Assembly (NCBI RefSeq): GCF_009914755.1
Contig: NC_060935.1
Reading direction: 5' to 3' (one strand)
DNA length: 64,000 bases
From: the human T2T-CHM13v2.0 reference genome, Homo sapiens
Both the position numbers and the translations under genes were made by a program. Shown here piece after piece: positions 30,285 through 45,013 of the stretch (positions are counted from its first letter, which is position 1; every line of letters begins with the position of its first letter). Below the pieces are notes generated by a model, which saw only the letters and a program-made list of their open reading frames with translations, did no database searches and had not been told where the DNA came from.

Positions 30285-33200
30285 AATCCAATGAATAATT
30301 TTGGTTCTTATCTTGCATAAGTTCACAGCACTCTTCAACTCTTCTGACCACCCTTTCCTTCTTGAAACACTTTCTTCTCCAAGATCCCAGGATATCATAT
30401 TTTCTTGATTTAGTAACAGCTCTGCCTACCTGCTTTGAACCTTTTGGCCTTCTTTGCTTAGCCATTTAATGTTGAAGTTCCTAAAAGTTCTATTAAGACT
30501 CTATTATATTGTCACTTTGCACTTTGTAGGAACCATCATCTATGCTTATGTCTTCATTGCTACTGAAACATAAATGACTCCCAAATCTTTATCTTCAGCT
30601 GAGATAGATCCTTTGTATTTCAAATCTGAATTCGTAAACCAGCTTGACAACTTGTCTCAAAAGATCTTCAAATCTAATATAGCCAAACTAACCACACTCA
30701 TGACTCTCCTTTCACCAAAAATTGTACCCTTCTTGGAATGGGCCATGTCTCATCCATTCCATCGAATAAGACAGAAATCTAGGGTTTATCCTTAATATCT
30801 CCCCGTCTCCTACGTCTTCTATCCAATCGATGACCAAGTTAGAAAATTTTATCCCTTAAGAATTTCTTAAAGACACCTTCTTTTTAAAATCTCCACTGAC
30901 ACATTTCAGTCCAAGACTAATATCTCTTCAAAACAATAGAAATAATCTCCTCACATGTGTTACTGTATTCTTGTTTATACATCTTCTCACCCATGCCAAA
31001 CCAATGCATTCACCATCCTAGAGCCAGAGTGATTTGATCATGACACCTCTGCTTAAAATATTTTGGTAGTATTGCTCTTCAGCTACAGATTTTTCCACTT
31101 CTCTTAGACTACAGATCAAAATCCTTGAGTAGCTTACAAGACAGTTTGTCCTGGCCCCTATTCATCTCATTCTCCACCAGCCCCCATCCCTTGCTTGTTT
31201 TGTTTTAGCTACATTAACCATACTTCAATTAATAAAAATGCTATGCTGCTTCTTGCCCCGTATTCTGCATAAAATATTCCTACTTCCTAACTGTACCCAG
31301 GTAACTGGTAATTTATCTTTAGATCCCACTTCATTCATCACCTCCCCTAGGAAGATTTCCTGATACTTCTGTATAGATCAAATCTTCCTATCAGATAGTC
31401 TCATAGTAACACTTATTACTTCTCCATTATGTGTATCAATTCGATAATGTTATAAATATTTATGCAACCATTTAGTTAATCTCCACTCTAGGACTATACA
31501 CATAAGGACAAGGAATATATCTATTTATTGCACTCCTGGAACTTAACATAACACCTGATTATCATTAAATTTTGTTAAGCATATGAGTAAGTGAAAAAAA
31601 TTGCTAGTTTTTGAAATATAAAATAACTTACAGACAGCAGAGTTTATGCATGTGAGGGTAAATTTCAACAACTAATAGGAAGGGAAATTTTTTTGAATTT
31701 CTCTTTTGCTGCCCTTATTGCTCAAATCGCATTCCTCAAGAAACTGGGGAGTCTCAGAGGTGACCCAGGGGTCAACTAGGGATTAGACAAGAGGGGAAGT
31801 TAAATGGCAGGGACCAAAACAATCCCAAGCTCCCTGCTCCACTTTAGCCAGATTATTTTTGATGTTGCCTGTGTTATGCAGTAGAATTCCATGGACTGTT
31901 TTGTTTGAATAAGTGTATACTCCATCTGTGCCACCTCAAAAAGATTTGGAAGTTACTGAACTAGCCAATTTCAGTGTACAGATGAGAAAGCTGAAGCCCA
32001 TATTAAGCAAGTGAAATAAGCCAAAGCTGCAGAGTTGGTTGATATCAAATCTTTATATTACATGGAAAAAAATAAAAAAATCCTCAAGACTGGGAAAATC
32101 CCCTGGAAAGAATATAGTACTCTTCTGATAACAAAGAAAAATAGCTCCTTTATGCCTCTTCCTTTCTCTTCTTTGCTAGTTCCCCTTCTCTCATGCTGAT
32201 TTTATTCTCACAATATTTGCTAACGTATCATGAAATGAACTTCACAGGATCAATGTGAATATTTCATTTTCTTACCTTGTAAAGGATGGTCACTCTGGTA
32301 ACTAGGTTTCCCACTCAATTTTCATTCTTCATTTGCCAGATAGAAACCCCATGTATGTATTTTAAAGCTGAAATTCTCCCAAAATAACGAATTGACTGGC
32401 ACTCATTTTTATTTCTGGACTAAATTTGAAAATACTTAAGCATTTCCTCAATCTGTATACATACAATTCATTTATAGCAAGGAATCCTAAATAAACAGAA
32501 AACGGAATGGAAGCAAAATGTATTGTTATCCTTTCTTTGTAAACACTAGAGGGCACTAAATACTGAAGAAAAAGTTAGAAATTTTGCAAGGCATACACAA
32601 ATATATCTCACTAGAAGGACTAAATAAATTAAAATAATATACTATATATGCTCTTGAGTCTCTACCTAGATAGAATATATACACTACTTCAAGATAGGGG
32701 AATGCATATTTACAGTAATCTAGAAAAACATATCAGGAGAATATAATGAAAATCAACTAGAAAATGATCTATTGTTCGGGAATTTTAAAGTAATGTAAAA
32801 TCTGTATCGAAATCACATATATCATTGCTTCCCTCTCTCTCTATCCCTCTTTCCCCCCTTCTCTTCCTCCCTCCTTTCTTTCTTATCATCTCTGTCCTTA
32901 TCGCTTTATTTCTATATCCTTCTTCAGCTATAGCTCTAGCTTTATCCTTTGATTATATATGAGATAATTTTATGTAATATAAAATTTATATATATAATTA
33001 TAAAATATAAGGCAATTATGTAAAACTCTAATATTCCAATATAAACATGCTTTACACATGTAGCATAATCACTAGTGGCCATGTATGTATATAATGTATA
33101 TACTATATATGTATGAAATATATATACTATATACATATATAATTTTGAGCTACAATAGTAATCAAGCAATGAAATAGAGGACAAAAACAAAGTTATAATA

Positions 33201-33519
33201 TGCAATGCTGGTAAGCAGATAGCAAAATAGGCCCTCTCATATACAAAATGCATGCGTATTAAACTGGCAAAAAAAAAAAAAACTCAGAAAGCAATGTGGA
33301 AACGTGTGGATAGGTAGGTAAGTAGGTGGTTGGGTGGGTGTAGCTAGCTAGATAGGTAGATAGATAGATAACAGATAGATTTTTAAACCTGAAAAATTGT
33401 ATCTCTTTAAAACTAACAAGAAAATAACCAGAGGCGTGTAAAATATAAATGTACAGAGAAATGTGCCAGAGCAATAGCATAGTAAAAAAATAAAAATAAG
33501 CTTAATGCTTTACAGATTA

Positions 33520-33882
<363 letters not shown>

Positions 33883-34479
33883 TCAATGTTTAAAAAAAAA
33901 TCTATGTCTTTATTAATAGTAGTTAGATTTATGTGGTAAAATTATAGAAGCTTTTAATTTTCTTTTGAAATTGTTTATATTTTCTAAATTTTCTAAAATG
34001 GGCAACACACCAATTTTATAGTTAGAGAAAAAAATTAACTTATATTTCAAAAAAGTCTAAGTTCCCCTCAAAATATAAATATGGTAAAAACAATTCTTAT
34101 TAGCCTAAATTTAAGGAGCTGGAATTTTTCAGGTTAAAAGATATATTGTTATCTATCTAAATATCCATCAATATACATACATGAGTGATAAACAATAGTA
34201 TCCATTTTGCTATATACTTACCAGCATTGAATGAGATGATTTTGATTTTGATTTTGTTTTATATTACATTGCTTACTTTTAAAATTGAAGACATGGGTTT
34301 TTTTAATAACTTTCTGGCCATTAGTAATCTACTACTGCCATGAATTTTGTTATTATTTAATTTATACTTTATATTCAAATTTCACCTCTATACCAATAAA
34401 TTCCTTTATATAATTTTTTCTTCAATCAAGAAACCAACTTAGTGTTACACAGTGGATTTACTTTACATATCTTCTTAAT

Positions 34480-35400
34480 TTCTAGTCTGTAGGCTTTCTT
34501 AATCTCTAGTGACGTTGACTTTTTTTTTGAAGAATATAAGCCAGTATTCTATAGACTTTGTCTCAAAAATTTGTATTTGTTTTCCTGTAATTCAGTTCAA
34601 GCTATACATTTTTGTCTGGAATACAAATGACTTAATGTTTCTCTTCAGTAGATCACATCAGATGTCTAATCTATGGTGATTAATTTCTGGGAAGATGCTT
34701 TGTGATTACGCATATACCGTTTTTTATCACCATTTGTACTGTAGCTTTATCATCCTTTGATGATTCATGCCAGAATCAATTCTTTTTCAGGTTAAAAGAT
34801 ATACTGCTATGATAATCACAAGTTGGTGATTTTCTAACATCATTATTCTTCTTCATTTAATTGCTAGCCTTCTAGTATTTTTTAAGTTTTCCATTCTCCG
34901 TCAATCCTTCATTTATATTTTTATTATTGGTGTGGGCACATGGACTCTTCTTTTAGGCAATGAGTTATCATCCATTACTATCATTATTTATTTTGGTATT
35001 CTAATCTTCTTTCCAGATTTGGCCACTGGGAGCCATTTTGGGTTAGCCCCATTGTAGTTTTGACATGCCTTATTCTTCTTCTTATTATTATTATTATTAT
35101 TACTACTACTACTACTACTAGTATTTTGACCACATCCTTATTTTGTGGCACCATAAATTGTTCCAGGTTCATCTTGTACATTTCCTTTATCTGGAAGACC
35201 CTGGAAAATTCCAGTCCAACACTACTGGGTTCTTTGTAGCCTTCCTCTATTCCATATTTGTATCTCCCTTGTCTAAGAGTGAAAATTCTGGCTGCAGCAA
35301 TGTCTTTACTCATTCACTCAGTCTCACAATACACAGAGAATAGTTTCAGAATCGCTACACACATACTATGGTGAAATACAAACCCATCAGGCAAATAAAA
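34480..35400 (-). mobile_element. Old L1M (L1MC-like) fragment
   Basis: GATGATTC.TGCC.GAATCAATT, CCAGATTTGGCCACTGGGAGCC and TTCCAGGTTCATCTTGTACATTTCC. Confidence 0.65.
35074..35120. repeat. Compound trinucleotide STR (TCT)n(TAT)n(TAC)n
   Basis: Direct reading. Confidence 0.9.
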
Positions 35401-35779
35401 AATAATTTATAATAATTAAAAGATAATTATTATAAAAATAATTTATAATTTATACATATAGGTATTTTATTTTTAGAATAAGCATGCATATCAAAGTACA
35501 ATGTTCAAGAGCTGTTTAGTTTAAAATATATTTTTTAAAGTTATTTTGTTAGTCCTTCCCTTTAGCGTAATTAGGTGTTATTCAAAAAATTTTTTACGAC
35601 AATAATTATATTTAGTTAAATTTAACTTACTTAAAAAGTCATATTGAAGGTCCTTACAAAATGCATTATAAGCTGCTTATTAGTGTATTTCAATTTTGAT
35701 CCAAATTAGAAATATTTTTATTTACTTGGTTTTTCGCACTTTATTTTTTCCGAGAATAAAAAGCATCATATAACCCAAA

Positions 35780-36672
35780 GTATAAAATAAATATCCATGA
35801 GTCTATACTGATATAAACAAATGACTGAATAAATAAATCAAGAACAAAAGACAATTTTTATATGCAAAATAATTTCAATAGTTTAGGTAGTTACTTTTTC
35901 TTCAAGGATGTGAGGGTGTAACTACTTTAAGTGAGTGAGCTATGCATTGTGACTTCCTTCCAAATAATACAATATGAAAAGGAGGTTAAAAAACCATAAC
36001 TTTACAGTAAAGAAATCTACAAAACACTACTTCAGCCAGATGATTAAGATAAATATCAACAGTAATAAGTCACATCGAGAGTATTTACCCTTGATATGAT
36101 GTGATAAAAATAACACTTTACCCTGTCGTCTTCTTCCCCAAAATATATTACCACAGTCTAATCATGACAAAAACGTTAGGCATATCTCAATTGAGTGACA
36201 ATCTGCATAAAACCTGACTAGTGCTCCTCAAAACTGTCTAGGTCATCAAAAAATAAGGAAAATCAGGGAAACTGTCACAGCCTGTAGGAGCATGAGACAA
36301 AACAAACTAAATGCAATGTGGTATCCTGGATGGGATCTTAGAACAGAAATAGGACACTGGGTGAAAAGTAAAAAAATCTGAATAAAGTGTGAACTTTAGG
36401 TAATGGTAACGTATCAGTTTGGGTTCATTAATTTTAACAAATTTACTATATAATTTAAAATCTCAATAATAGGGGAAATTCTCAGGAGGTTGAGGTGGGA
36501 GAATCACTAGAGTTCAAGGGTTCAAGTCCCGGCTGAGCAAAATAGTGAGACACTAAAATAAATAAATAGTAATAGGAGAAATTAGTTGTTGGGTATAAAG
36601 GAACTCTCTAATATTTTTGCAATTTTTCTGTAACTCTACAACTATTCTAAAATAAAAATTTTATTTTAAAAA
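35780..36672 (+). mobile_element. L1MC/MD-type 3' end
   Basis: CTCCTCAAAACTGTC.AGGTCATCAAAAA, TAAATGCAATGTGGTATCCTGGATGGGATC and GGAACTCTCT...CTATTCTAAAATAAAA. Confidence 0.8.
36481..36567 (+). mobile_element. Alu monomer (FLAM-like) fragment inside the L1M
   Basis: CTCAGGAGGTTGAGGTGGGAGAATCAC...; TSD TAATAGG(G/A)GAAATT. Confidence 0.7.
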
Positions 36673-37710
36673 TCAATGTAAAATATTCAACAGATGGAAA
36701 ATGAATGGAGAGAAAAGAAATAATCTTTTCCACCATTCCTACATTAATACTTATTTTATAAAGTTTTAATAACATTTTTGGCATATTTCTCTCTCTTCAA
36801 ACTTATTGAGGCAAAGAAGTAATCATAGGACCGTTAATGAGATTAAAATGTGTATCCTGCATTTGAGAAATGCTGAGGACCACTAACTGATTTGTGCCTG
36901 AGAATGCCAATGTAGTCTATGGCAACAAAGTAGAAGGGGGTGCATTGGGATAGACCTGAACTCTCAGACTTCACTGGAGCAAGAGGATGAGACAGATTTT
37001 TCATTAAACAGACATAAAACATGCAGGAGCAAAAGGCAGTATTGGGTCATCCATGGTCCTGGCCAATAAAGCTCTCTAGAAGGGCAGAGAGTTCTGACCT
37101 GCAAGGAGTTGGGTAAAGGCTAGGGAAATAAGCCATAAGTAACCAATTGGAATAAGGGTTCATCCACTCAGGTTAAGGATATTGCTGGAGAGAAGTATTC
37201 ATCAATGGTGATCACTAGGGTTCCACGTGCATTTGCTGAAGACGGAGAACAAAAAGATATCCGGCCTAGTTATAACATATGTTGCCTTTCCTCACCTCTA
37301 CTTTCGTTCTTCTTTCCTTTGCCTCTAGAAAACCAGAAACATTAGTTAGTATGTGGGTTAGGAGTAGGACAGAGATGAAGAGTTCAACATTCCCTTCCCT
37401 GAAGGCAGGCAGCTGCCATCTACAAGAAGGTGGAGAAAAATCTTATCTTTCAATAAATATTGAATTACTTGATTAATATCTAAATATGGGTGCATCCTAA
37501 TTACTTAATTGAAACAATGTTTCATAAATTTAAATGATCTTTTAACTCTCTGAAAGTTTGAAAATTTTTGGACTCTTTCCAAATATTATTCAGGATCAGG
37601 AAATTTTTACCTCCACTAAATAGATGTTTAAGAGATAGTGGAAGACTAACATGAAGTAGTGTTTATATTGTGCTAAAAACCGTGTTTGTTCATTTTACTG
37701 AATATGTAAC

Positions 37711-38124
37711 TGTTATGGGCCAACTTGTGCTCCCCTTTCCCCAAATTCGTATGTTGAAGACTTCACTCCCAAGTGCCTCAGGATGTTTGGAGATAGGGCT
37801 TTTATGGAGGTGATTAAGTTTAAATAAGGTCATAAGGATTAGGTTCTAATCACATAGGCCCAGTGTCCTTATAAGAAGAGGAAATTTGGACACACAAGGA
37901 GACACCAGGGATGCGTGCACACAGAGGAAAGACCATGTGAAGACAGCAAAGAGGTGGTCATCTGCTAGCGAAGGAGAGAGGCCTTAGGAAAAACAAATGT
38001 GCTAAGCTTTTGATCTTGGACTTCTATCTCCAGAACTGTGAGACATTGTGAGACAATAAATTTATGTTGTTCGAGCCACGCAGTCAGCAGTATTTTGTTA
38101 TAGTAGCCGTAGCAAATGAATAAA
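37711..38124 (+). mobile_element. MLT1B/C-type MaLR LTR
   Basis: TGTTATGGG start, GTGTCCTTATAAGAAGAGGAAA, TTGATCTTGGACTTCT..CTCCAGAACTGTGAGA. Confidence 0.85.
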
Positions 38125-38148
38125 TAGCATCTATGTATATTTGATTTA

Positions 38149-38508
38149 TGTCTTAGGCCATTTGTACTGCTATAACAAAATACCTGAGGCTGAGTAATTT
38201 ATAAAGAACAAAAATTTATTTTTCACAATTCTGGAGGCTAGGAAAGCCAACATTAAATTGCTGGTAAATTCAGGATCTAGTGAGGGCTCATTTCTCATGG
38301 ATGGCACTGTCTAGATGTCCTTACATGGAAGAAATGCAAAACAGACCAAACTCCCTTCCCCAAGCCCTTTGATAAAGACACTAATCCATTCATGAGGGCA
38401 GAACCCTTATTGCCTAATCACCTCCTAAGGACCCCACCTCTTAAAACTGGTGCACTGAGGATTAAGTTTCAACATGAGCTTTGGGAGGGACACATTTAAA
38501 CCATAGCA
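38149..38508 (-). mobile_element. MLT1A/MSTC-type MaLR LTR
   Basis: TGTCTTAG...CTGCTATAACAAAATACC...AAACCATAGCA. Confidence 0.85.
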
Positions 38509-38998
38509 ACATATCACTCTTAATTCCACAACATGCTCCTGTTCTCTGTTTCTGACCTTGAATTCATTCCTTAAGCTTAATTCACTGTCCTTTTCCTCTG
38601 CTATTGTTCTTGGTTTCTTTCCTTAGCTACAGTTGGCATCCCTTCTCTTTCAGCAGGTCTGCTTTTATCCTCTACAGGTACAGAAGACTAAATCCAAGAG
38701 GGTGTTAGGAACTCTCCTGATACCTGTTTCATGGGGATACTGCAATCACCAGATTCCATTCTTTTCCTTCTCAACCCAAATCCTGTGGCTAAAGCCCAGC
38801 AGCTACGCCTTATAAACTTCTCATCAACTAATATCCCTCCCAAGACAAAGAAGTGGACTTCCTCTAGGCATAAGAAATAATAACAAGTCATATGAAAGCT
38901 GGAGTACAAATTCGAAGACTACTGAGCACAATAGGACTAGCCTTGGGGAGGAGGCATTTATCTCTGACAACTTTATATTTGCTCTATGCCCACAATCC

Positions 38999-39440
38999 TG
39001 TCTTCATAATTGAGCGGTGCTATAACAAATTACCTGAGGCTGGGTAATTTATTTTTTTTTAAGAAGTTTATTTGGCTCACAATTCTGGTGGCTAGAAAGT
39101 CCAAGAGTATGGCATAGGCATCTGCTCAGTTTCTGGTGAGGGTCTCGTGCTGCTTCAACTCATGGCAGAAAAGCAGAAAGGAAAGTGAATGTGTACAAAG
39201 AGGGACCAAACAGTGGAGAAATTGTGCTTTACAATGCACTCTGGTGAAAATTAATCTATTCTCAAGAAAGCAAGAACTCACTCACTCCTGAGAGACAGAG
39301 ACATCATTAATCTATTCATGAGGGATCTACTACCACCAACCAAAAGCCTCCCACTAGGCCCTACCTTCCAACACTGCTGCACTGGCAATTTGACTTCAAC
39401 GTGAATTTTGGCAGGGACAAAACACATCCATAACATAGCA
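38999..39440 (-). mobile_element. MST-type MaLR LTR
   Basis: GCTATAACAAATTACCTGAGGCTGGGTAATTTA...ATTAATCTATTCATGAGGG...CATAGCA. Confidence 0.85.
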
Positions 39441-39445
39441 AATTA

Positions 39446-39477
<32 letters not shown>

Positions 39478-40769
39478 GTTTTTCCTTATGCAGTGAATAC
39501 ATTTCCTGGAGGGGAGCTATTTGTGGGTATATAATATTTCACCCACTTTCCAAGAGTTCACTTTATATAAATTACTGTACATAGGGCTTTTGTTTTGGCT
39601 GGAGAACCTATTATTATTATTTTTTTTTGTAAGAGAGGTGCCGAGGCAATGGAAGAGATGAAGAGAGTACAGGCAATGGGACCATGTTTGCTGCCACAAA
39701 GCACATTAGATTGTGTGAGAGATACTAAGGGAGAGAGGAGTTAGGACCAGAGCATGACAGACCCTCTCACATGAGGGACTTAGTGAAAGTCTAAGAACTG
39801 GCACTGCTACTTTGAGCCTCAGTTGCCAGAAAGCTGAGGGAGAATCATTCTCCTCCCTTCCTTTCAATACCCTGCTTTGGCCTCCAGGGACATCAGCAGC
39901 TTCAGCTTGACTGGATGTGTACATCATCACAAGTATACAGAGGTTCATTCCGTTCCGGCTGTTGGATTACAACGAGGGAGAGATGAGCAAGTTGCAGCAG
40001 GGCCTAGATGCTGGCTGAAGCTGAACTGACAAAATACATTTTGATCGTGTTTTACAGACAATCTTTGAGGCATCAAATGATAAGAGGAGACACTTTCCTG
40101 GGAGAAGGGATGTGGGGGTATGTAAAAAAGACTGAGTGAAAACAATGTTAAGGGAGAACTTATTTTTTGGCCACGTACAGGGACCTCCAACTCCAGGATG
40201 ATGTCATCCCAAGATCCTTAACTTATATATGATAAAGATCCTATTTTCAAATTAGGTCACATTCACAGGTCCTAGGGACTAGGACTTGGACATATGTTTT
40301 CAAGGAGACACTATTCAATCCACTAAATTCCCCTGTGGAAATGTTACTTCCATTGAGAATCACTATATTTTTCTGCAGTGTGTATTATCTAAACTTTAGT
40401 ATTATTCTAGAAAAAAAAATTTACTTGAATTTCATTTTACAAAACACATTCTCTCTTTACCCACTCCCCATTCCTATGGGGTAGGAAGGCTCAAAATGCC
40501 TGCCAACTGCTCTGTGTTCCACTGCCTACCTACCAAGTTAGGCAGCTCCATGCAATTCATTATTCAGGCCACGACTGAGTGAACCATTTGCCTCTCTTCC
40601 TGGGTATTATCTAGACAACATTTTCCAGTTTCCTGGGCAGTTTGGTGTGGCCATGAGACTGAACTACCCAAAGGGATGTGAAAAGTGGTGCTTATCACTT
40701 CCAGTTAGCCCATCAAACCCTTCCTTAAGATCATACGCTCTCCTCTCTCCGCACAGTCCCCAACCCACC

Positions 40770-41462
40770 TGATACAGTTTGGCTGTGTCCCCGCTCCCAA
40801 ATCTCATCTTGAATTGTAGCTCCTACAATCCTCATCTGTCCTGGGAGACCCAGTGGGAGGTAATTGAATCATGGAGGTGATTACCTCCAGGCTGTTCTCC
40901 TGATAGTGAGTGAGTTCCCACGGGATCTGATGGTTTTTTTTTTTTTTTTTTATACTCTAAGTTCTAGGGTACATGTGCCCAATGTGCAGGTTTGTTACAT
41001 ATGTATACATGTGCCATGTTGGTGTGCTGCACCCATTAACTCGTCCTTTACATTAGGTATATCTCCTAATGCTATCCCTCCCCCCTCTCCCCATCGCATG
41101 ACAGGTCTCGGTGTGTGATGTTCCCCTTCCTGTGTCCAAGTGTTCTCATTGTTCAATTCCCACCTATGAGTGAGAACATGTGGTGTTTGGTTTTTTTCCT
41201 TGCGAAAGTTTGCTGAGAATGAGATCTGATGGTTTTATAAAAGATTTTCCTCCACCTTCACTCTGTACTTCTTGCTGCTGCCATGTTAAGAAGGATGTCT
41301 TTGCTTCCCCCTCTGCCTTGATTGTAAGTTTTCTGAGGCCTCCCAAGCCATGCTGAACTGTGAGTCAATTAAACCTCTTTCCTTTATAAATTACCCTGTC
41401 TCGGGTATGTCTTTATTAGCATACCTGAGACAGGTATTAGTCTGTAAGAACAGACTAATACA
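40770..41462 (+). mobile_element. THE1D-type solo LTR containing an L1PA insertion
   Basis: TGATACAGTTTGGCTGTGTCC...CAGACTAATACA; perfect TSD CCACC (40765-40769 and 41463-41467); has the GATTGTAAGTTT segment. Confidence 0.93.
40938..41220 (-). mobile_element. 5'-truncated L1PA (about L1PA4) 3' end
   Basis: Poly-T, then TATACTCTAAGTTCTAGGGTACATGTG...; TSD GATCTGATGGTTTT (40924-40937 and 41223-41236). Confidence 0.93.
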
Positions 41463-41859
41463 CCACCCCAGCCTAAATTTCTACCTTCAGGGCAAACATG
41501 AAAGCCTTGTGTTAATGATGGTAAATTTTTCATCAGTCTGGGTCTGATTTTTCATCAGATTGAGTAAAATAGAGCTCCCCAACACTAATCAGGAATACCA
41601 TTTGGGAATTTAGTGGAGTAAGAAATACATTTTTCTTCCACTCAGTATTAAATGACCAAGATTTTGAGGATTATCTGTCGAAGAAGTCAGCATTCTCTTA
41701 ATTAACACAAGCAACTAAGGTGGTGCACAATCTACTCAGTTAGATCTTTACCAATTAGGAAAGTTGAAATCCAGAGATACAGAATGGGGGTAGAGTGTTC
41801 TATGAAAAATTAGAGTAAAATTTAACTTTTCAAAGCGACCCATTAGACCCTGTGTAAAA

Positions 41860-42335
41860 GGGCCCTTTCCCCTCTTCCTCTCCTGACATTTACACCTTAC
41901 TACGTTCCTCACGCTGGTCCCTTTCCTGGACTTAAACATATGCTCATTCCTACCTCAGGACTTTTGCATGCACTACATTCTCTACCTAGATTACTCCTCT
42001 TCAATTCTTTGTAAGATTGGTTTTTTATCATTCAAACTTCAGCTTAAACATAATCTTCCCAGAGAAGCCTTCCTAAATATCCCTGTGTAAACTCTATGTA
42101 ATCACACTCGTGTACCCAACCCAATAATTTTCCACATTACTCTGATATATTGTTTCTATAACTTTTTGAAATGATAATTTTATTTTTTTTACCTGTTTAT
42201 TTTCTCTCCCTAGGCACTAAAAAAGAAGTTACATTAGAATAAAGACTTTATTTGCCTTGTTCATTGTTATATCCCCAGAGCCAAGAACAATGCCAAGCAG
42301 CAGCTCAGTGATATTTAGTGAATGAATTAGTGAGG
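41860..42335 (+). mobile_element. L2 3' fragment
   Basis: CCTCAGGACTTTTGCA...CAGAGAAGCCTTCC...CTTGTTCATTG.TATATCCCCAG...GTGAATGAAT. Confidence 0.75.
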
Positions 42336-44139
42336 AGAGAAAAAAGGGAAAGAAAGAGAAAAATGGCAGGCACCCAAGAAGATCACTTGTTAAATACTTA
42401 CAATAAATTTTCACCAGTTAAGTTCAGAGTATATCTTTTTCTTGTACTATAAAAAGATTTTATACTATACTATACCATACTAAACTCTTAGAGAATAATA
42501 TTCTTTCAAATCATTTATCTGCATTTTAATGTACTTTCCATAGTAACTAGCACATTTCGCAAAGAAAAGTAGTCACTTCTGAATGAGAATACCAGAAGAT
42601 GCTTGAGAAAAAGGTTTCACAGTCTGAAAACAGAGAATAGACAATTAGCTATTTTGGTTGCAGCAACACAGGGGGACTTAGGAAAAGACAATCAGGGCTC
42701 AAAGATTCAATGTTTAATAAGAGGGCCAGGCTTGAGAGAGAGACAGGAATCAAAGCAGTGACAATGGGCCCAGAAACGGGAAGCAGAATAACTATCTCTT
42801 GGCAGAAATAGTCTAGCCAGGACCCCCTACTATCCTCAGTATTCCTGCTGGCATTGTGACATGATTGAGCATGGCTCTTGTTCGATCCCATCTAACACCA
42901 TGATGAATTAATTCTGACCTTTTATTCCTGTATCATTTGCTCAATTTCAAAGAGATAAATGAGAACATTTAATTGGCAAACTCTAGGTCATATGACCGAT
43001 TCCCCTCAGCTGCTGGCTAATTAGCATCTGTGTTAGATGGTAGGAGGGCACCCTCAACTGAAAAAAAAAAAAATCCGAAAAACTCTGCTTACCAAAACAC
43101 CAAGGCTTAAGTAGGCAGCGGGATGTTCCCAGACAATTGTCAGATGAGGTCAAGGTGAGGAGGAGAGAGTTTTGAGGGTAACAAGAAAGTTGTGATTCAA
43201 TTTGGAATAGCCTTGCATGCCAGGTTCAAAAATGTAGTCTGTGTCCAGGAAAACATGTATTGATTATTTCCCTAATCAGATCGTAGTTTCCCTGAACGAT
43301 TAGAAGGATAAAGTGTTTATCCCTCTGCCCCTACCCATCTTATACTGAAACTGCAGACATAAACAGCAAAAAGTACAATGCTTTATGCATCACAGCCAAT
43401 CAATAAAATATGTTCAAGTAAAGCAGAATACAGAGGACTACAACTTGTCATCAATTTATAATAAAATAATATAAATGAAAAGTCAAAAGCAAGGCCACCT
43501 AAGAAAATTAGAAAGAATTTTTTCTCTATACTCTCCTATTTTCCTTTTTAAGATTGTAGATATACCTCTTCACCAACTTCTCCCCTTCCCTAGAAGATAA
43601 TCAGAGTAATGGAAGAAATGGCACTTACATACGGAGTCTGACACCCATATTTCCAATCCATACTCTGCTACTTAGCAGCTATGTGACCATGGGAAAATCC
43701 TTAACCTTTCTGATCTTCAGCTTCATCATTCAAAAACTGGAACTCATACAAACTATCTCATTGTTGTGACTATCTAACCTGATAGGAAAGTCTGTATTTT
43801 CCCCCTCTATCTTCCCCTTAAGAAGTCATCAAATCCAGTCTTAACTGCCCAGCAATTAGCCAATGCTCCAGAATTCGTTTTCCTCCTCTCCAATCCTAGC
43901 ATTCTTACCTAGCCTTATATTCTCACACACCATATGCATCTTAAAGAAGGTAATTTGTGTTTCAAAAGAATAAAAATTTAATCGTGCAATTAGTGGCAAT
44001 TAGGGAAGTATCTTTGTTGGGGCACCCTCAGGGGTATTTCTATAACATTAACTGTAATCATTTATTCATAAGAACACATCTGCCAGATAGTAAGAGTTTT
44101 CAGCTAATAATATACAAAATTAATAAATCATTAGAAGGC

Positions 44140-44670
<531 letters not shown>

Positions 44671-44958
44671 CAGAGTCAGAACTGAAATCAGTTTGTTAAA
44701 ATGATTAAGCAGAAGTTCCTTAAATGGAAAAAAAGATACAAACTTGTACTATTACCCTTCTTTTATTCAAAATGGTCAAACTTATAGTGTGAATAGATCT
44801 GCAAACTGACTGAGAGATAAACACCTCATGCTCCTACCAAATGAAGGTTAGTTATGCAAAGATTTAGGAAGTATGACACATACTAGTTTCTTATTCCTGC
44901 ATTGAAAAGAAAAATGGATGACGCAAGTCAGACACAGACATCTTTAGACCCTCCCTCT

Positions 44959-44961
<3 letters not shown>

Positions 44962-45013
<52 letters not shown>
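44962..45013. repeat. Compound (TC)~18(AC)~8 microsatellite
   Basis: Direct reading. Confidence 0.95.

Noticed and set aside
32940-33380. AT-rich and (GATA)/(GGTA) tracts with hydrophobic ORFs
   Set aside because: Low-complexity sequence, not coding
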